64,000 nt of DNA. Origin: Tubiluchus corallicola (lineage: Eukaryota; Animalia; Priapulida). Every line of letters begins with the position of its first letter. Position 1 is the stretch's first letter. This document shows positions 43,401 through 64,000 of this stretch, in pieces. A model generated the notes under the pieces. The model was not told the origin of the DNA. It saw only the letters and a list, made by a program, of their open reading frames with translations, and ran no database searches. The DNA is taken from positions 62,001-126,000 of the forward strand of contig JAQGDQ010000583.1 in the NCBI GenBank assembly GCA_030141605.1, given 5' to 3'. A program made the translations under genes and the position numbers.

Positions 43401-45159
43401 TAACTACCATTTTTATCTGCGAAATTTATATCTGTGCCACATATATGTTATATCCTGCTTTCATAGTTTATACTTTTTTGTAAATGTTTTAACGTGTTTT
43501 AATAAAGATTACGATTAAATTAAATTAAAAATAAAATAAACTATTTTGCACGACATTGCTTTAGTTTTGTTTCAACGATAGTTACCCCATTCGTTTTCCC
43601 ATTTATATTTATTTGTTTTAGGCCAGTTATTTGACTCGAGTTTAGACTAAGCTTATTATTACGTAAATTTCATTTAGATTTTTATTTCGTGCATGATTTA
43701 GACATGTCATGATTCTGTGTAATTTGCACAGTCTTACACTTTCTTATAAATTTACCTGCACTTTTGAAGGAAGACCGGACGATTGTTTAGACTCAAACTC
43801 ATTTTAATTTACTCTTCAAAACATACTTTGCCTATAAAAGTTAGCAATTGTTTCTTATATTTGAATAATTATCTTAGAAAGTTAATTAACGGTTACCGAG
43901 TACAGCTATTGCTTACGTCAGAAACTAACCACACTTTGTGCAATTGCAGGCATCTCCCTTGCGCCTCAAGCACGCCTGCTAAGTGTTATTGCTTAAACGC
44001 GAGATGTCACGAAATTGGGCTCTGCGTCACATGACGTCAGAAACTAACACTGCAGTTCATGATCATGGTTATCATGATACCGTCTTCTATTTATCGGCCA
44101 CGCGAACGTGAGGAAAAAGGCGCCGCTGCCAATCTTAGTAGATTCACTGAGCCGCGCGTAGCTTTGAAAGTTTAACAAAATTTAACTATCCGAGGTAATT
44201 ATTATTTAATCTAAGCTTGTAGCTTTCAATATTTTAGAGCATTCTTTATTCTGAACTAATGTCTACACAATTCGGTTTTCCTTTAAACAAGTTTGAGGCG
44301 GCTCAGCTTAATACCAAAAATATTGTATCTATGTTTATGTAGCTTACAGTGTGATACTTTTTGGAAAAAATGAGTGAGTATAAAATGAAAAAGAAACCAA
44401 GTAAGTCCATAACATTTTATTAATTGCTCAATGTTTAGTCAGTTCATAGTAAATTTTTAATAATTCATTTCTGTGATTCATCATTGTAGCAGCCATGATT
44501 ACTCCAGCAGCACAGCTCGGGCTGTTATGGATGATGAAAGATACGGAGGCAGGGGAAGACATGGAGGTGCACTTCAGGTTAGTACTGAAACGATGCTCTC
44601 ATAATAACATGACGAAACAAAAATGTTAATTGTATCCGAGAAGAAAATAGCTACACAATCCGCAAATTATATGTACAAGGTACGAAGCACATGGTTCTTT
44701 GTTTTCATCGTCAAATTATGTCTGTAAATGCCATAAATTAATAAAAGAAATTTATTGTCATTTGAGCTACAGGCTCAACATTACACAGAAAGTTAATACA
44801 ATTGGTGTTTACCTGCTGCGAGAATGGGCATAGGTAACGCTGTTGGCCTGTGTGTTATAAAGATGAGAATTCGGACCTGCTGTGTCATACTGAGCCTGTA
44901 GCTCAAATGTCGTGTTGCAACAGAGCATGGGAGTTCTAATCCCAAGGTCTCGAGTTCGTGTCTCGACTGGTTCACAATGTTTCAGCGCCCTCATTCTTTT
45001 TTGTTATAGTTTTAATGTGAAATAAACCGCAATGATTTGCGAGTTACGTGATTGTGTTACTCTCTCTTTTCTGTTGAAGTATAGGTAAACGAAGACGAAC
45101 CTTATCAGACAAAGTCAGTAAGGGAGTTACACAATAAGTTCTCCGGTCGAGGAAACTAG
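31490..45159 (+). CDS. Zasp66-like / PDLIM-family ZM (ZASP-like motif) protein; no LIM domains; 5' exon(s) uncertain
   Basis: Phase-consistent exons 31490-31775, 35944-36153 (PFRTRQLITPTVKTTWDLPTGSYLR), 37115-37282 (KQMADSLKRS), 38970-39100 (ZM motif RIVHAQYNSPMNLYSADNVAETI), 42557-42619, 44490-44577 (STARAVMDDE), 45085-45159 (TAG stop). Motifs resemble insect Zasp66 as recalled (QPYRT..SYLR, HKQFNSPIGLYS). Confidence 0.82.
32362..32592. repeat. (TATGTC)n hexamer, probably the tail of a LINE 3' end at ~32050-32360
   Basis: Preceded by a T-rich UTR-like stretch with hairpin AGGGCAGG..CCTGCCCT (32250-32291). Confidence 0.85.
32657..33116. mobile_element. piggyBac-like MITE
   Basis: TTAA on both sides; termini CCCTTTCAGTCCC / GGGTATGAAACGG; internal hairpin GTATCCCACGGGATAC present twice. 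Confidence 0.7.
33653..33710 (-). mobile_element. 5S rRNA-derived SINE head fragment
   Basis: Minus strand GAAATTAAGCAATGCTGAGCCTGGTCAGTAAATGGGTCAGTGACTTCCGGGAAAT resembles the 5S internal control region. Confidence 0.55.
34417..35100 (-). mobile_element. LINE ORF2 3' fragment with C-terminal CCHC-type finger (RTE-X-like)
   Basis: HYLKVETDRW..RLCNCGEMQTEKHVLMDC; second copy at 50753-51130. Confidence 0.75.
36318..36770. repeat. ~450-bp imperfect palindrome carrying two Penelope-type hammerhead-like motifs
   Basis: Arms are reverse complements almost to the centre (loop ~36537-36573); right arm CCA-CTGATGA-T-GACAGC-tgatt-GCTGTC-GAA at 36691-36721, with a more decayed copy on the minus strand at ~36362-36400. 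Confidence 0.75.
39158..39843. mobile_element. Decayed hAT-like MITE (CATAGGCG terminus); related end at ~47138-47220
   Basis: Shared CATAGGC..GAGGAAGT..GGGGGCAGAAG..ATTTGC..AAAATTTTCTAACTT between the two loci. Confidence 0.5.
40278..40975. repeat. 81-bp minisatellite, ~8.5 copies, intronic
   Basis: CTAGTGATCC recurs at 40353, 40434, 40515 ... 40920; central units are identical. Confidence 0.95.
41008..41425 (-). mobile_element. hAT-like MITE family B, truncated copy
   Basis: Starts CAGTGGCGGCTCGTAG; reverse-complement similarity to 62834-63449. Confidence 0.75.
42720..43047 (-). mobile_element. 5S rRNA-derived SINE (SINE3-like)
   Basis: Minus strand GGCCAC..AAGCTAAGCAGCAATTACCCTGATTAGTTAATGGATGGGTGACCACGAGAAA matches the 5S A-box/IE/C-box, followed by a GC-richer body; the body end is approximate. 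Confidence 0.7.
44892..44974 (+). pseudogene. tRNA-Arg(TCT)-like cloverleaf (pseudogene or SINE head)
   Basis: Acceptor GAGCCTG/CTGGTTC, D-stem GCTC/GAGC with an abnormal 18-nt loop, anticodon stem TGGGA-GTTCTAA-TCCCA, T-arm TCGAG-TTCGTGT-CTCGA, downstream T-run. Confidence 0.65.
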
Positions 45160-46135
45160 AAAGGAACCGACATAGTGTTGAGAGAATCTGATGCAGCTGC
45201 TGCCTTGCTTAGTGATCGTTATGGGTTTAAACTGCTTTGTGGGCACCGTTGCCTTTAAAAAGCTAATACTAATCTGAAACTATATGTAGTATAAATGGCG
45301 CTATGTTTAACAAATAGGTGATCTGAGCTATAATTATAAACTACTGCAACAGTAAAACGTAACCAAAAAATACTAAAGCAGCCTCAGGATAGTTGCCAAT
45401 GGTAATTTGATTAAAAGAAAGACGATTGGTAGTTTAGTTTTTAACCCTCTGAGTTTTTTAATAACTCCATTTTCACTCTGAAGTAAACGTAACAATTTTT
45501 ATCTTTATGCATTAATTTTTTTTTAATTTTGACAATAGACAATAGTTTTTTGTGTATATATTATTTCGTTTTATATCTAAACGCAAGTTAGGTACGAAAA
45601 TATCTAATAATTTAATATAATATTGGAAGTGAAATTAATGTAGGTCATAGTAATTTGTAGAAATTGGGGAATTGTTTCGATAGTATTTCGTTAGAAGGTG
45701 TGATATCTCTTAGAAGTCATTAACTTTCAATAGTGTAACTTAATCTTTTATAATAAATAGATTACTACATGTCTTAAAATAGGTTTGAAGAATTGAAATC
45801 ATGGGTACACAGTTAATGTTTTAGTATAGAGACTATGACGTAAAATAGGTTAATTTTTATATAATTAAATTTGCGTGTTGGTTTTGAAGACGATTAATAT
45901 TATCTCGCACTGGAAGTCGCATATTAAATTATTAAAACTTTTGTGGTACTAACTTGTTGTAGTCGTTGACGCTTTGAAACTTACGTTGTGGACTTTTTTG
46001 TGTCAATTATCAGCAATTGTACGTATTGCCTATCGATTAGAATAAATAACTTTGTTACAACATTTGATGAAAAAAATAAAAATAAAAATTGCAACAACAC
46101 TAATAGTTTTTGTTAATTTATTATTCCTTTTCCTT

Positions 46136-46290
46136 TAACATTTCCTTTTTTTCCCTGATTTACGTTGTGATGATATGACGTCATGTAATGGCTCTATCGG
46201 CACAGTGTCGCGGGAGATTTGAAATGAAAACAAACGAAAAAATCCTTTCAAAGCGAGTACGATATACGTAAAAAATTGCTAGAAAGTAAT
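46136..46290. mobile_element. Dispersed repeat; inverted copy at 49490-49645
   Basis: CCTGATTTACGTT..TGACGTCA..AAAATCCTTTCAA.GCGAGTA is the reverse complement of 49490-49645; TTAA|AGG at ~49429 could be a Kolobok-like terminus. Confidence 0.65.
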
Positions 46291-46844
46291 ATACATTTGA
46301 AGGGGATTTTTCAGAAATCCACTTCAGTTACCCCATTTTGCGGCCTGCAATATCTTTTGCCAAGTGTTACAAGCAATTATCACTATATCACGCTACACAG
46401 TGATTTCATTGCCTTAATCCTGGCTTTGGTTAACAAAGCAGGGGCAATGCCATATGCGTTAATAATCTTAATTAATTAAACGCTCATAAATTATTACAAC
46501 TTTCCTTTACGCGCGCGTCATATGTGAAGCAGTCTGCACCAGACTGAATCAACCGATAATTGGTTTTATTTTTCAAAACTGGATATGCGCCTCAAAAATT
46601 GAATTACATAGTAAAATACCCGATGACTTGAATCAGGATGGTATGGCAATTTCAAAATTCCAAAAGGGGCGTTGTCACACATGAGAAAATGGTGCTCATT
46701 CTGACCACTTTGCTATCATGGCGCTGCCATCTATGCCATTTGGTTTCCCTGCTATCAGTGCAAGATGGAATATGATTCAAGTTTCACTCACTGATTAATG
46801 GTCACAAGAAACATTCAGCCTCGCTACGCATAGTTTCTCCTAAG

Positions 46845-63744
<16,900 letters not shown>

Positions 63745-63843
63745 GTAAATAAGTTAATTTTATAAACTGTTCCAGTTTTTGCCATTAAGAATTATTGTTC
63801 AGTTCAGTTCAAAATGTATCAGCTGCCAGTGCCAGGACCTTCC

Positions 63844-64000
63844 AATAAGCCTTTTCACAGTTTCGCGCATGGAGTTGCTGTAGGTCAAAGATTAAGTGCA
63901 CCACAGCAACGCGTCTTCACTACAACCGTCACGCGCCATGTATATAAAGCAAAGCAGTCTGCTGCATCAGTTCAGTTATTTCCGTTGTTTTATATGGATT
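63844..64000 (+). mobile_element. MITE family A, copy 5 (cut by window edge)
   Basis: AATAAGCCTTTTCACAGTTTCG..TTAAGTGCACCACAGCAACGCG. Confidence 0.85.

Overview
This is AT-rich, intron-containing animal (invertebrate) genomic DNA, not prokaryotic. By reading splice sites and checking intron phases by hand I reconstructed three spliced genes. (1) Minus strand, 18194 to <1705: a signal-peptide mosaic protein, CTL-pentraxin-pentraxin-CTL-CTL, running off the left edge; both pentraxin domains carry an unusual four-cysteine insert. (2) Plus strand, ~31490-45159: a Zasp66-like ZM-motif protein with no LIM domains and no PDZ exons that I could find. (3) Plus strand, 46845 to >63744: ECT2L (F-box, DUF4347, DH, PH). 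Introns and intergenic DNA hold decayed LINE fragments (L2/CR1/RTE-type), several MITE families, 5S- and tRNA-derived SINE-like sequences, an inverted pair of Penelope-type hammerhead-like motifs, two minisatellites and many compound microsatellites. Most listed ORFs are repeat artefacts. Family assignments come from recalled motifs; no database search was run.
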